NCBI GenBank assembly: GCA_030618605.1
Contig: JAUXDC010000002.1
Span: forward strand, 1-41,268
DNA from: Holophagae bacterium
GTDB lineage: Bacteria > Acidobacteriota > Thermoanaerobaculia > Thermoanaerobaculales > Sulfomarinibacteraceae
DNA: 41,268 nt
Reading direction: 5' to 3'
Shown here: in pieces, positions 27,117 to 34,918 of the stretch
How the letters are laid out: each line of letters starts with the position of its first letter
Numbering within the stretch: position 1 is the first letter of the stretch
Translations under genes and position numbers: made by a program
The notes under the pieces: generated by a model
Told to the model about the DNA's origin: nothing
Seen by the model: the letters and a program-made list of their open reading frames with translations, nothing else
Databases searched by the model: none

Positions 27117-27395
27117 ATGTCGAAGAAATTGTTTGTAGGGAATTTGAGTTGGGGCGTCGATCGTGACAGCCTGTACCAGGCTTTCGAGTCGTTTGGGGAG
27201 ATCGAGGATGCCCGCGTTATCACTGATCGCGACACCGGCCGGTCCCGTGGCTTTGGCTTTGTCACCTTTGTCGAAGATGAAGCCGGCACAAAGGCCATGG
27301 AAGAGATGAACGGGAAAGATATCGATGGTCGTCCCCTTCGGGTCAACGAGGCCATGGAACGCCAAGAGCGAGCCCCTCGCCGCGACAGCTGGTAA
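27117..27395 (+). CDS. RNA-binding protein, single RRM domain (Rbp-type)
   Basis: 92 aa with RNP-2 LFVGNL and RNP-1 RGFGFVTF. The listed ORF 26862.. is an upstream extension. Confidence 0.92.
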   Translation: MSKKLFVGNLSWGVDRDSLYQAFESFGEIEDARVITDRDTGRSRGFGFVTFVEDEAGTKAMEEMNGKDIDGRPLRVNEAMERQERAPRRDSW

Positions 27396-27416
27396 GAGGA
27401 GACAACAACAGTCATC

Positions 27417-27449
27417 ACGCCCCCTCCGAGGAGGGGGCGTTGATTTATT
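27417..27449 (+). terminator. Rho-independent terminator ACGCCCCCTC-cgag-GAGGGGGCGT followed by TGATTTATT
   Basis: A perfect 10-bp GC-rich stem, a 4-nt loop and a T-rich tail lie 22 nt after the RRM-gene stop. Confidence 0.85.
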
Positions 27450-27493
27450 GAGAGCTATCAGTTCAAGACAAACCCCAGAATCGAGTAGAAGCG

Positions 27494-28108
27494 TTGCACC
27501 CAGACATGCCTCCTGACCCTGAATCCCTGAGTTCGCGAACGGCGGGACTGATTCTTGCGGGGGGAGCAGGGCGCCGGTTCGGGGAGCCCAAGGCCTTCGC
27601 TCACCTTCCTAACGGCCGAACCTTCCTGGATGCCTGTGCCGAGGTTATGTTCCGAGGTGGACTGGCACCTCTTGCCGCCACCCTACCTCCGGACGTCACC
27701 GGGACAATACCCACTTGTGTACAACCCCTCCGACTCCCCACGGCCGACCTGGACATGTTTGCCTCCATTAAAATTGGGCTCCAGCACCTGGTCAAGGACC
27801 TGAGCTGGCGCCGACTCATCCTCCTCCCGGTTGATCATCCGCTAATTAACGCCGCCACGATCACGACTCTGGCGGCCCAGGACCACCCGGCTGCAATCCC
27901 AACCCTTGATGGACGGCACGGACACCCCATCATGATCATGCGATCCATCGCTGAGGCCGTTGCCGAGGGGCGCCTCCCCGGACCAACACTCAGGGAGATC
28001 CTTCGGGCCGCGCCCGCCCACGATGTTCCGGTGGACGACAGCGGTATTCGGGCCAACTGCAACACTCCACAAACACTGAAGGAAGCGTGGAGTGCTCTCA
28101 ATGGATGA
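27494..28108 (+). CDS. MobA/MocA-like nucleotidyltransferase (molybdenum cofactor nucleotidylyltransferase family)
   Basis: 204 aa. It has GLILAGGAGRRFGEPKAF (NTP_transf_3 P-loop-like motif) and LLPVDHPL. The start is TTG 27494 or ATG 27506. Confidence 0.7.
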   Translation: MHPDMPPDPESLSSRTAGLILAGGAGRRFGEPKAFAHLPNGRTFLDACAEVMFRGGLAPLAATLPPDVTGTIPTCVQPLRLPTADLDMFASIKIGLQHLVKDLSWRRLILLPVDHPLINAATITTLAAQDHPAAIPTLDGRHGHPIMIMRSIAEAVAEGRLPGPTLREILRAAPAHDVPVDDSGIRANCNTPQTLKEAWSALNG

Positions 28109-28331
28109 CGGCCAAATCGGCACATCCCAAACCCCGGGTGAGGGAGGCGTCTCAGCCGGAAATCCTGCACTGCGCACTGGACCCATTCTCTTGGATGCAC
28201 GTAACCAACGTAGTTCGAATCTTTTAAAGACACACCGACACCAGTTTCACTTGCCTGGTGACGGACCTCTTTGGCAACACCGGATCCGCCGCCAAATCTG
28301 GCAGGATTATTGCTGGATAACCGAAGGTTGA

Positions 28332-29273
28332 ATGCGCAGAGACCGCAACATCTTCCATTGGGCGCTGATCGCCTCCCTCCTCCTTCACCTGGTTGTGATT
28401 TTTATGATTGTGCCTGGGGTCGGGAACATCTGGCCCCAGGCTGTGGAACCCGTCGTGCAGATTCAGCAACCTGAAACGGAATCCCAGCCGCTGCAGTTTG
28501 AGTTCGTCGACCTCGCCGAAGACCGAGAAGAGGAACCGGAAGACCCCGAAAAGGCCCTGCTTTCGGACATGGACCGTCGTGCCCATGGGGGCGAGGGAGA
28601 GGCTTCAACGAGCCCTTCATCCCAGGGAAATACCCCTCAGCTGGTCCAGGCCGACGGCGGCCAGACCTTCAACGCGGGTGCACCGCCCCAGCAGGCGGGC
28701 CCTCCTGCTGAGGTTCCACAGCCTCAAGAGGAACAACCGGATCAACAGCAAATGGAGCCTCAAACCGAGGTCGTACCGCAGCCCGAGGGCGCCGGAGAGG
28801 TCGACGAAGTGGTCCCCACACCCCGTGCCCAGACACCGAGGATTCGACTACCGCCTCCAGGCGTTTGGGCCCTGCCTCCCGATATCGGCGGCATCAGAGA
28901 GAACCCGGACCGCCGTGGCGGCGGCGTTGATACCGGAGGTTTGAGTTTCGACACCCAGTGGTATGACTGGGGACCCTACGCCAAGATGATGCTGGCCAAG
29001 ATTCGCCGAAATTGGGACATCCCGGCTATTGCGCGAATGGGCGTTACGGGCGCGGTGCGTATCCGGTTTTTCATCGAACGCGACGGCACCGTCACCGGCC
29101 TCCAGATCACCGACGAAAGCGGCAAACCACCTATGGATTTCGCCGCCCGCGATGCCATCCTCGACTCCTCGGCTTTCAGACCCCTGCCTGCCGATCTTTT
29201 AGGCGTCACCCGAGAGGGCGTCACCATTACATTTTTCTACAATAGGAGACCGCCTGAGCGAGGCGGTCGATAA
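28332..29273 (+). CDS. tonB: TonB-family energy transducer
   Basis: 313 aa with the N-terminal anchor WALIASLLLHLVVIFMIV, a long P/E/Q-rich linker and the C-terminal TonB domain (...GVTGAVRIRFFIERDGTVTGLQITDESGKPPMDFAARDAI...). It is followed by exbB-exbD. Confidence 0.85.
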   Translation: MRRDRNIFHWALIASLLLHLVVIFMIVPGVGNIWPQAVEPVVQIQQPETESQPLQFEFVDLAEDREEEPEDPEKALLSDMDRRAHGGEGEASTSPSSQGNTPQLVQADGGQTFNAGAPPQQAGPPAEVPQPQEEQPDQQQMEPQTEVVPQPEGAGEVDEVVPTPRAQTPRIRLPPPGVWALPPDIGGIRENPDRRGGGVDTGGLSFDTQWYDWGPYAKMMLAKIRRNWDIPAIARMGVTGAVRIRFFIERDGTVTGLQITDESGKPPMDFAARDAILDSSAFRPLPADLLGVTREGVTITFFYNRRPPERGGR

Positions 29274-29284
29274 CGGGAGTACTC

Positions 29285-29926
29285 ATGACTCATATTCTCA
29301 GCATCCTCTCTTCCGGCGGGCTCGTGATGATCCCCCTTGGCCTGCTATCACTGGTTGCAATGGCCATCGTCATCGAGCGTTTCTGGATGCTTCGTGCATC
29401 CAGATACATGCAGCCGACGACGGTGGCAACCCTCAACGAACTCTTGGCGGGAGGACAATTCAAGCAGGCCGTCGACTACTGCCGACGAAATCCAGGGCCC
29501 TATGCCGATCTGGTCGCCACCCTGGTCGAAAACCGCCCCGCTCCTTATGACGAACTCAAACAGATCATGGAAGACACCGCACGCCACCGGCTCCATAATC
29601 TCCAGCGGGGACTGGCTGCCTTGGGCACAATCGTCGCGGGGGCCCCACTCCTGGGGCTTTTGGGAACCGTTGTCGGCATGATCAAGATCTTCGCCGTCGT
29701 GGCCACGGCCGGGTCCCAGGTCACCGAAGCTCTGTCTCTTGGCATTTCGGAGGCCCTGGTCACAACCGCCAGCGGTCTGATCATCGCCATTCCGGCCCTT
29801 TTTGCTCACAGCTTCCTCGAGGCCCGCGCCGGCGCCATCATCTCGGAGATGGAGATCCGGCTGATCGACCTGCTCCACTTCGTGCGACGTTCCGATAAAG
29901 AGAGTGACGACGAGGCCGCGGCGTGA
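29285..29926 (+). CDS. exbB: MotA/TolQ/ExbB proton-channel protein
   Basis: 213 aa with three TM helices and LAALGTIVAGAPLLGLLGTVVGMI plus EALVTTASGLIIAIPA motifs. Confidence 0.9.
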   Translation: MTHILSILSSGGLVMIPLGLLSLVAMAIVIERFWMLRASRYMQPTTVATLNELLAGGQFKQAVDYCRRNPGPYADLVATLVENRPAPYDELKQIMEDTARHRLHNLQRGLAALGTIVAGAPLLGLLGTVVGMIKIFAVVATAGSQVTEALSLGISEALVTTASGLIIAIPALFAHSFLEARAGAIISEMEIRLIDLLHFVRRSDKESDDEAAA

Positions 29927-30342
29927 AACTGCTGAACCTCAAACCGCGTCGCCCCGAGATCCAGATGTCGCCGTTGATCGACGTCATTTTTCTGCTGCTG
30001 ATCTTCTACGCCGTGACGACCCAATTCGTCACCGATCAACGGCTCAAGCTGGATCTCCCCGATGCCAAGACCGCCGAGGAAGTCGGCAGGACTCGGGAAG
30101 AGCGTCCCCCCATCGTCAAGATCGCCCGGGACGGAAGTATCTGGATCGATGACATCGAAATCTCGGAAGAAGACCTCGAGGCGCAGCTCACCGAACTGGT
30201 CCAGAGCCGCCCCGAGCAGACCGTCATCCTCAAGGGCGACGAGGGCGCCGATTACGGCGTCGTGGTTCATGTCCTCGACATCGCTCGGTCGGTTGGCGCC
30301 AAAAGCATCCAGATGTCGGCAGATAAGCCGCCGAAGGAGTAG
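29923..30342 (+). CDS. exbD: ExbD/TolR biopolymer transport protein
   Basis: 139 aa with MSPLIDVIFLLLIFY and ...ILKGDEGADYGVVVHVLDIARSVG. It overlaps exbB by 4 nt. Confidence 0.9.
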   Translation: MKLLNLKPRRPEIQMSPLIDVIFLLLIFYAVTTQFVTDQRLKLDLPDAKTAEEVGRTREERPPIVKIARDGSIWIDDIEISEEDLEAQLTELVQSRPEQTVILKGDEGADYGVVVHVLDIARSVGAKSIQMSADKPPKE

Positions 30343-30358
30343 CTCGGCGAAGCCGAGC
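30342..30358 (+). terminator. Short hairpin GCTCGGC-gaa-GCCGAGC at the exbD stop
   Basis: Read directly: a 7-bp stem with no U-tract. Confidence 0.35.
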
Positions 30359-30368
30359 GGCCCCGCCA

Positions 30369-30394
30369 AGAGCTGTTAGCCGTTAGCTTTTAGC
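30369..30394 (+). repeat. Heptamer tract AGAGC TGTTAGC CGTTAGC TTTTAGC (left arm of an inverted pair)
   Basis: Read directly. 21/26 nt are complementary to 30489-30514. Confidence 0.8.
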
Positions 30395-30488
30395 CCGAGC
30401 AGCAAGTGAGGCGATTCAAGAGCTGAATAACCTCGTTGAAACTGGCGACCCGGAAGATCAAACTGGGAACTGATGGGTGTTGCAAATA

Positions 30489-30514
30489 GCTAACCGCTAA
30501 AAGCTAAAAGCTCT
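30489..30514 (+). repeat. Heptamer tract GCTAACC GCTAAAA GCTAAAA GCTCT (right arm of the inverted pair)
   Basis: Read directly. It abuts the stop codon (30515-30517) of the 592-aa minus-strand gene. Confidence 0.8.
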
Positions 30515-32293
30515 CTAAAGCGGCGCAACACCGCCCGAGGACTGATGCTCCAACCACAGGCCGGAAAAGACGTTGAGAAACCGGAAGTGGGAGCGATAGA
30601 CCTGTTCCAACAGTTCAGTGTCCCCCTGAAAGAGCATGTCGTCGATAAACCACCGGAAACGCCGGTCCACCTCTCTGGCCCTCTCGAGGCTCTGAGCCGA
30701 CTGTTCCAGGACTTCCAGGACCTTGTCGGCATGGCCGGCGTCCCTGAGTCGACCGATTTCCGACAGTTCCTCTTCCATCTTGACTCGTAATGCGGCCGAA
30801 GTCAGAAAGAACGCCTGCAACTCCCAGGGCAGGGTTCCGATCTGGCCCCTCATTTCCATCATCTTTCGATAGGTGGCCGCCTCCCATGCTTCCAACTTGA
30901 GGTGGAGGAGTTCCTTTGCGCTCGATGCCTGATCGATACCGTGTTCCCAACTGACCAATTCCAGGCCGAAGAGAATCTTGTGGAGAGAGGTCGCCAGTAA
31001 TGCATCGGACGGCAAGAGGTCGATCAAACTGGGTTCGTCCTCCATCGGCCCCAACCCTTCAATCTCATCAGGCTCTTCCTCAATCGCCTGAGGAGGACCG
31101 AAAGGGCCGAGTTCCGACGTCACCCCCCCGGGGGTTGCAACCGATGCCCTTTCAGGCTCAACAACCGGCTCCGAGGTCGGCTCGGGATCGAGAAACACCT
31201 CCGGAGGGGCCTCGGTCACCGGAGGGCTGATCACCTCGATCTCATCCTGAGCGTCACCGAGTATTGCCGCCGGCTCTTCACCGGCCGCCGCCGGTTTTGC
31301 CTGGGGCGCCCTGCGAGGCTCAAAGGAATCAAGCACCGTCTGCATTGATTCCCTGAGGGCTGCAATGTCTTCTTTCTTGACGTTGTTGTCACGCCTCTTG
31401 GCGTCAAAAGTCTCGCGAGACGTTCGGAAGATCTCAAGCTGTCGTCTCAACTCCTCGTGCGCCACGCCTGGATTGCGCTCGAGGTATCTCTCGATCTCGA
31501 ACACCTTGTTGGTATCCTCGAGGATCTTGGCCTCTTCCTCGAGATAGAGCGCCAGAAACTGGTTTTTTAATTCGATGTTGGTCTCAACGATTTCGATCAA
31601 CAAAGTAGGGTACAGCCCGACCTTTCCCAGTCTTTCCTTGAGTTCTCGATATCGATCGATGACACGGGAATGCAGCAGGCCCTGGAAGTCCGGAATTGCC
31701 TGAACCTCCTCGCGCAGGTCTTTGATCAATCCGATCAGTGTGCGTTCCTCACCAGGGGTCGGCGCCGGAACAGCAGCAATCTCAGCCAGTCGTTCGAAGC
31801 TGGTCCGCAACTCAACCCGATCCCGCAACCTATCCGGTCCACCGTCCGAAGAACTCCCGGCCAATCTGGTCAACAAGATATCCAGCTTGTCAAAGTTGTC
31901 CCGACTCGGGGTCGGTTCCATAATATAGAACTTGACCAGGGCGAAGAGGATCTTCTCATCCTGATTCTTCAGGTGATCAAAAAACTTTCGCAGTAACGAG
32001 GGCGAAAACTCCGCTTCCAATTTTGAGAGTTCGTGGTGGATGCGATCCAGCTCCCGATCGAGTTTTTCAAATTCCTGGATTATGGAGGCTTCGGCATCGG
32101 TCCCTACGCCAACCTTGGGCAACAATGCCTGCACATCGCGGTACAGAGCCTGAAAATCGAAGTCGTACGGCAGGGTTCCCCGCCCCTGGTGCTTGTACAC
32201 ACCACCAAGGAACTGGTAGAACGTCCAGAGCGATCTGAACCGATCAGAGAGGCCGGTATATCGCAAACTCAATTCGGTGCCCCGACTTTCCAT
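30515..32293 (-). CDS. Hypothetical protein, 592 aa, largely helical with a central acidic/Pro-rich linker; no recognisable family
   Basis: It is a long ORF with coding-like composition. The start is chosen at ATG 32293 (MESRGTEL...); the listed TTG at 32323 would come within about 20 nt of the divergent hpt start. I recognised no catalytic or binding motif. Confidence 0.7.
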   Translation of the reverse strand: MESRGTELSLRYTGLSDRFRSLWTFYQFLGGVYKHQGRGTLPYDFDFQALYRDVQALLPKVGVGTDAEASIIQEFEKLDRELDRIHHELSKLEAEFSPSLLRKFFDHLKNQDEKILFALVKFYIMEPTPSRDNFDKLDILLTRLAGSSSDGGPDRLRDRVELRTSFERLAEIAAVPAPTPGEERTLIGLIKDLREEVQAIPDFQGLLHSRVIDRYRELKERLGKVGLYPTLLIEIVETNIELKNQFLALYLEEEAKILEDTNKVFEIERYLERNPGVAHEELRRQLEIFRTSRETFDAKRRDNNVKKEDIAALRESMQTVLDSFEPRRAPQAKPAAAGEEPAAILGDAQDEIEVISPPVTEAPPEVFLDPEPTSEPVVEPERASVATPGGVTSELGPFGPPQAIEEEPDEIEGLGPMEDEPSLIDLLPSDALLATSLHKILFGLELVSWEHGIDQASSAKELLHLKLEAWEAATYRKMMEMRGQIGTLPWELQAFFLTSAALRVKMEEELSEIGRLRDAGHADKVLEVLEQSAQSLERAREVDRRFRWFIDDMLFQGDTELLEQVYRSHFRFLNVFSGLWLEHQSSGGVAPL

Positions 32294-32345
32294 GTATCGA
32301 GAAGGATACACTGAGCAGGGCAACAGGACAAATCAGGAGGTCTCA

Positions 32346-32867
32346 ATGCTGGGCAGAGTCGTCATCAGCCAGGAAGAAATTGCCGAAATGGTCGATCGAA
32401 TAGCCGCCGAGATCAGTGCGGAAATCGAAGGTCGATCTCCGGTTTTTATCGGTGTCCTCAAAGGATGCGTCTTTTTTTTCACCGATCTGGTTCAACGAAT
32501 CAAGAAGCCGCTGGAGGTTGACTTCATCCAGGTCTCTTCCTACGGGGCCGGGACCACCTCGTCCGGAACCGTCGTCCTTGTCAAAGACATCACCGCAGAC
32601 GTCAGGGACCGGGACGTTTACCTGGTCGAGGACATCATCGATACGGGCATCACCCTCAACGATGTCGCCGCAATGATCCGAGCCCGCCATCCCCGGTCCG
32701 TTCGGATCGTCAGTCTGCTGTCCAAACCCTCCCGGCGAAAGGTAGATGTCGATGTTGCCCACCTGGGTACGGAAATCGAGGACGTCTTCGTCGTGGGCTA
32801 CGGACTCGATTATGCCGAGGAATACCGAAATCTACCTCAGATTTACGAGTTGATCCCTGAGGGTTAA
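32346..32867 (+). CDS. hpt: Hypoxanthine(-guanine) phosphoribosyltransferase
   Basis: 173 aa, with AGGAGG at 32335-32340. The PRPP-binding motif is VYLVEDIIDTGITL, and FVVGYGLDYAEEYRNLP is present. Confidence 0.93.
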   Translation: MLGRVVISQEEIAEMVDRIAAEISAEIEGRSPVFIGVLKGCVFFFTDLVQRIKKPLEVDFIQVSSYGAGTTSSGTVVLVKDITADVRDRDVYLVEDIIDTGITLNDVAAMIRARHPRSVRIVSLLSKPSRRKVDVDVAHLGTEIEDVFVVGYGLDYAEEYRNLPQIYELIPEG

Positions 32868-32899
32868 CCTAAGGCAATTGAACCGCCACGGGCCCGGAT

Positions 32900-32927
32900 A
32901 GTTTCCAGTTTCCAGTTTCCAGTTTCG
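32900..32927 (+). repeat. Heptamer tandem repeat (AGTTTCC)x3 plus AGTTTCG
   Basis: Read directly, in the intergenic region between hpt and the YqeB-like gene. Confidence 0.9.
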
Positions 32928-32990
32928 GACTGTTCCCTTCCCGTTCCGGCTGTGCCGGGTTATCATACCGCCGCATCGGGAGGGTATCGC

Positions 32991-33866
32991 ATGGATCCGA
33001 GTCGCTATCGAATCTTGATACGGGGTGGAGGCGAGTTGGCCTCGGCCACGGCTCACCATCTGTTCCGGGAAGGTTTTACCAGGATTCTGATCCTCGAACG
33101 GCGTTTCCCTAAGGCTGTCCGCAGGTCAGTGTGCTTTTCGGAGGCAATTCTGGACGGACACGCCACGGTTGACGGCGTCACAGTTGTTCACGTCCGGACC
33201 CTGGAAGGGGTTGAGGAGGCGCATCGGAAGGGCACGATAGGGATCATGGCGGCCAATTTGGAGAAAGTTATCGAGCAGTGGCGGCCCGACGTGTTTATCG
33301 AAGCTACGATGCTCAGGCAGAACTGGGGATTGCAGCGCTCGATGGCGCCCGTCGTCATCGCGCTGGGCCCGGGATATACGGCGGGAAAAGACTGCCACGC
33401 GGTCGTCGACACGGTCAGGGGCCCAGGGGTCGGGTCAGTCCTCGAGGATACCGGTGAAAATCTGGAGAGCCGACCTCCCGCAGATATCATGGGTTTTACG
33501 GACGAGCGTTCGCTCAAGGCTGTTCGCGACGGCATCTTTTTCACACAACTCAAGATCGGAGACGAAGTGGAACGTGGCGAGCGGGTCGGAACGGTCGTAT
33601 CTGTCTTCGGCATCGAAGATTATCGACGTGGGGTTCCGATTGATGCCTCCTACACCGTCACCGCCAGAATCGGCGGCGTGATCCGAGGCCTGTTGAGAGA
33701 CGGGGTGCCAGTCAAGAAGGGCGACCGCATCGGTGACGTCGACCCCCGGGGTTTCACCGATGACCTCGACCATCTGTCGGACAAATCCAGACGCGTCGCC
33801 GAGGGCGTCCACGAGGCTCTGGTCGATATGGCCCACCACCTTTCACCAGTTACCTCACCCCGGTAA
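32991..33866 (+). CDS. YqeB/EF2563-family protein (selenium-dependent molybdenum hydroxylase maturation family), tentative
   Basis: 291 aa from ATG 32991, with GGGAGGG 6-7 nt upstream. The N-terminus ILIRGGGELASATAHHLFREGFTRILILERRFPKAVRRSVCFSEAILDG matches my recollection of the Rossmann-like start of this family. No search was run. Confidence 0.5.
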   Translation: MDPSRYRILIRGGGELASATAHHLFREGFTRILILERRFPKAVRRSVCFSEAILDGHATVDGVTVVHVRTLEGVEEAHRKGTIGIMAANLEKVIEQWRPDVFIEATMLRQNWGLQRSMAPVVIALGPGYTAGKDCHAVVDTVRGPGVGSVLEDTGENLESRPPADIMGFTDERSLKAVRDGIFFTQLKIGDEVERGERVGTVVSVFGIEDYRRGVPIDASYTVTARIGGVIRGLLRDGVPVKKGDRIGDVDPRGFTDDLDHLSDKSRRVAEGVHEALVDMAHHLSPVTSPR

Positions 33867-33873
33867 ATGATTT

Positions 33874-33901
33874 GAAGGGGTGAGGGGTTAGGGGTCAGGA
33901 G
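33874..33901 (+). repeat. G-rich heptamer tract GAAGGGG TGAGGGG TTAGGGG TCAGGAG
   Basis: Read directly. GGGGTGAGG (33877-33885) pairs with CCTCACCCC (33853-33861) across the YqeB-like stop codon. Confidence 0.85.
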
Positions 33902-33999
33902 ATGCGGGACGGCAAACTCGGACGCGGAGCCCCTCAGTCCATCGGGCCCAGATAATGGCACCTGGATGTCTCCGTACCGCACGAAGGATCGCATGGAAA

Positions 34000-34869
34000 A
34001 TGCGCCCTCCGGCTCTGGCGCTCGGCGGCGGAGGCACACGTGGTTTCGCCCATATTGGTGTCCTCCAGGAATTGGATCGACACTCGCTCCCCATCCGTTC
34101 AATAACCGGTACCAGCATGGGTGCCATCGTTGGAGCTATGTACGCATGTCTGGGTTCCGGCGACGCGGTGAGAGAAAAGTGGCGTGAGGCCCTCGCCCGT
34201 GACCTCCTCCCAAGTCCGCCACAATCTTCCCGTTCTCGCAGCACTGAAGTGCAGGAACACCCTCTCCTGCAGGCCGCCCGCCGGTTTCGGAATCGACTGG
34301 TCGTTTCCTTTGCCCTCCACCAGCCATCGATGCTGGAAGGCACGTCGATCGCCGAGGCCGTTGAGTTTCTCCTGCCGGACGTCCAAATCGAAGATCTTCC
34401 CATCCGGTTTTCGGCCGTCGCCGTCGACCTTGATACTGGGGAGAGCGTCACTCTCGACGCCGGTCCCTTGAGGACTGCAGTCAAAGCCTCCGGGGCCATT
34501 CCAGGAGTCCTCCCCGCCGTCGAAATCGACGGCCGCCAACTGGTGGACGGTGGAGTGGTTTCGGAAATCCCCGTCCGCGAGGCACACGGGGCGTACCGAC
34601 CTGTCTTTGCAGTCGATGTATCGATGGACCTCGGCAAGCGATCCGACAGCGACATCGCGCTGAACACGATGATGAGAACCCAAACGATGACTGCCGCCAT
34701 TGTCAGGCAGGACCAGCTCCGTGGCGCCCGTTGGGTCCTGAAACCTGAAGTCGGCCACGCAACCTGGTCCGACTGGGACCTCTTCGAGGAGATGGTGGAA
34801 ACCGGCGCAGAGGCAATGCGGGCGTGGTTGGGGATACTCGATGCTCGATACTCGATACTCGATATTTGA
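34000..34869 (+). CDS. Patatin-like phospholipase (RssA-like)
   Basis: It has the oxyanion motif LGGGGTRG, the nucleophile elbow GTSMG and the catalytic Asp motif LVDGGV. The start is chosen at ATG 34000 (GAAGGA 11 nt upstream; MRPPALALGGGG...). The listed start at 33955 is also possible. Confidence 0.88.
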   Translation: MRPPALALGGGGTRGFAHIGVLQELDRHSLPIRSITGTSMGAIVGAMYACLGSGDAVREKWREALARDLLPSPPQSSRSRSTEVQEHPLLQAARRFRNRLVVSFALHQPSMLEGTSIAEAVEFLLPDVQIEDLPIRFSAVAVDLDTGESVTLDAGPLRTAVKASGAIPGVLPAVEIDGRQLVDGGVVSEIPVREAHGAYRPVFAVDVSMDLGKRSDSDIALNTMMRTQTMTAAIVRQDQLRGARWVLKPEVGHATWSDWDLFEEMVETGAEAMRAWLGILDARYSILDI

Positions 34870-34882
34870 TACTTGATCCTGT
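34834..34882 (+). repeat. Seven degenerate heptamers ATACTCG ATGCTCG ATACTCG ATACTCG ATATTTG ATACTTG ATCCTGT
   Basis: Read directly. The tract encodes the last 11 codons of the patatin ORF (…ILDARYSILDI*) and continues 13 nt past its stop, ending 36 nt before the giant ORF. Confidence 0.9.
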
Positions 34883-34918
34883 AAGAGTCGCAGGGGGCAT
34901 ACCGCTGCGGCCCCTGGA

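Noticed and set aside
28109-28331. tRNA-like TTCGAAT (T-loop-like) at about 28215, and the ORFs 28092..28331(+) and 28224..28586(-) in the mobA-tonB spacer
   Set aside because: The flanks of the TTCGAAT cannot form a T-stem or a cloverleaf. The ORFs have no SD or motifs and overlap the tonB start.
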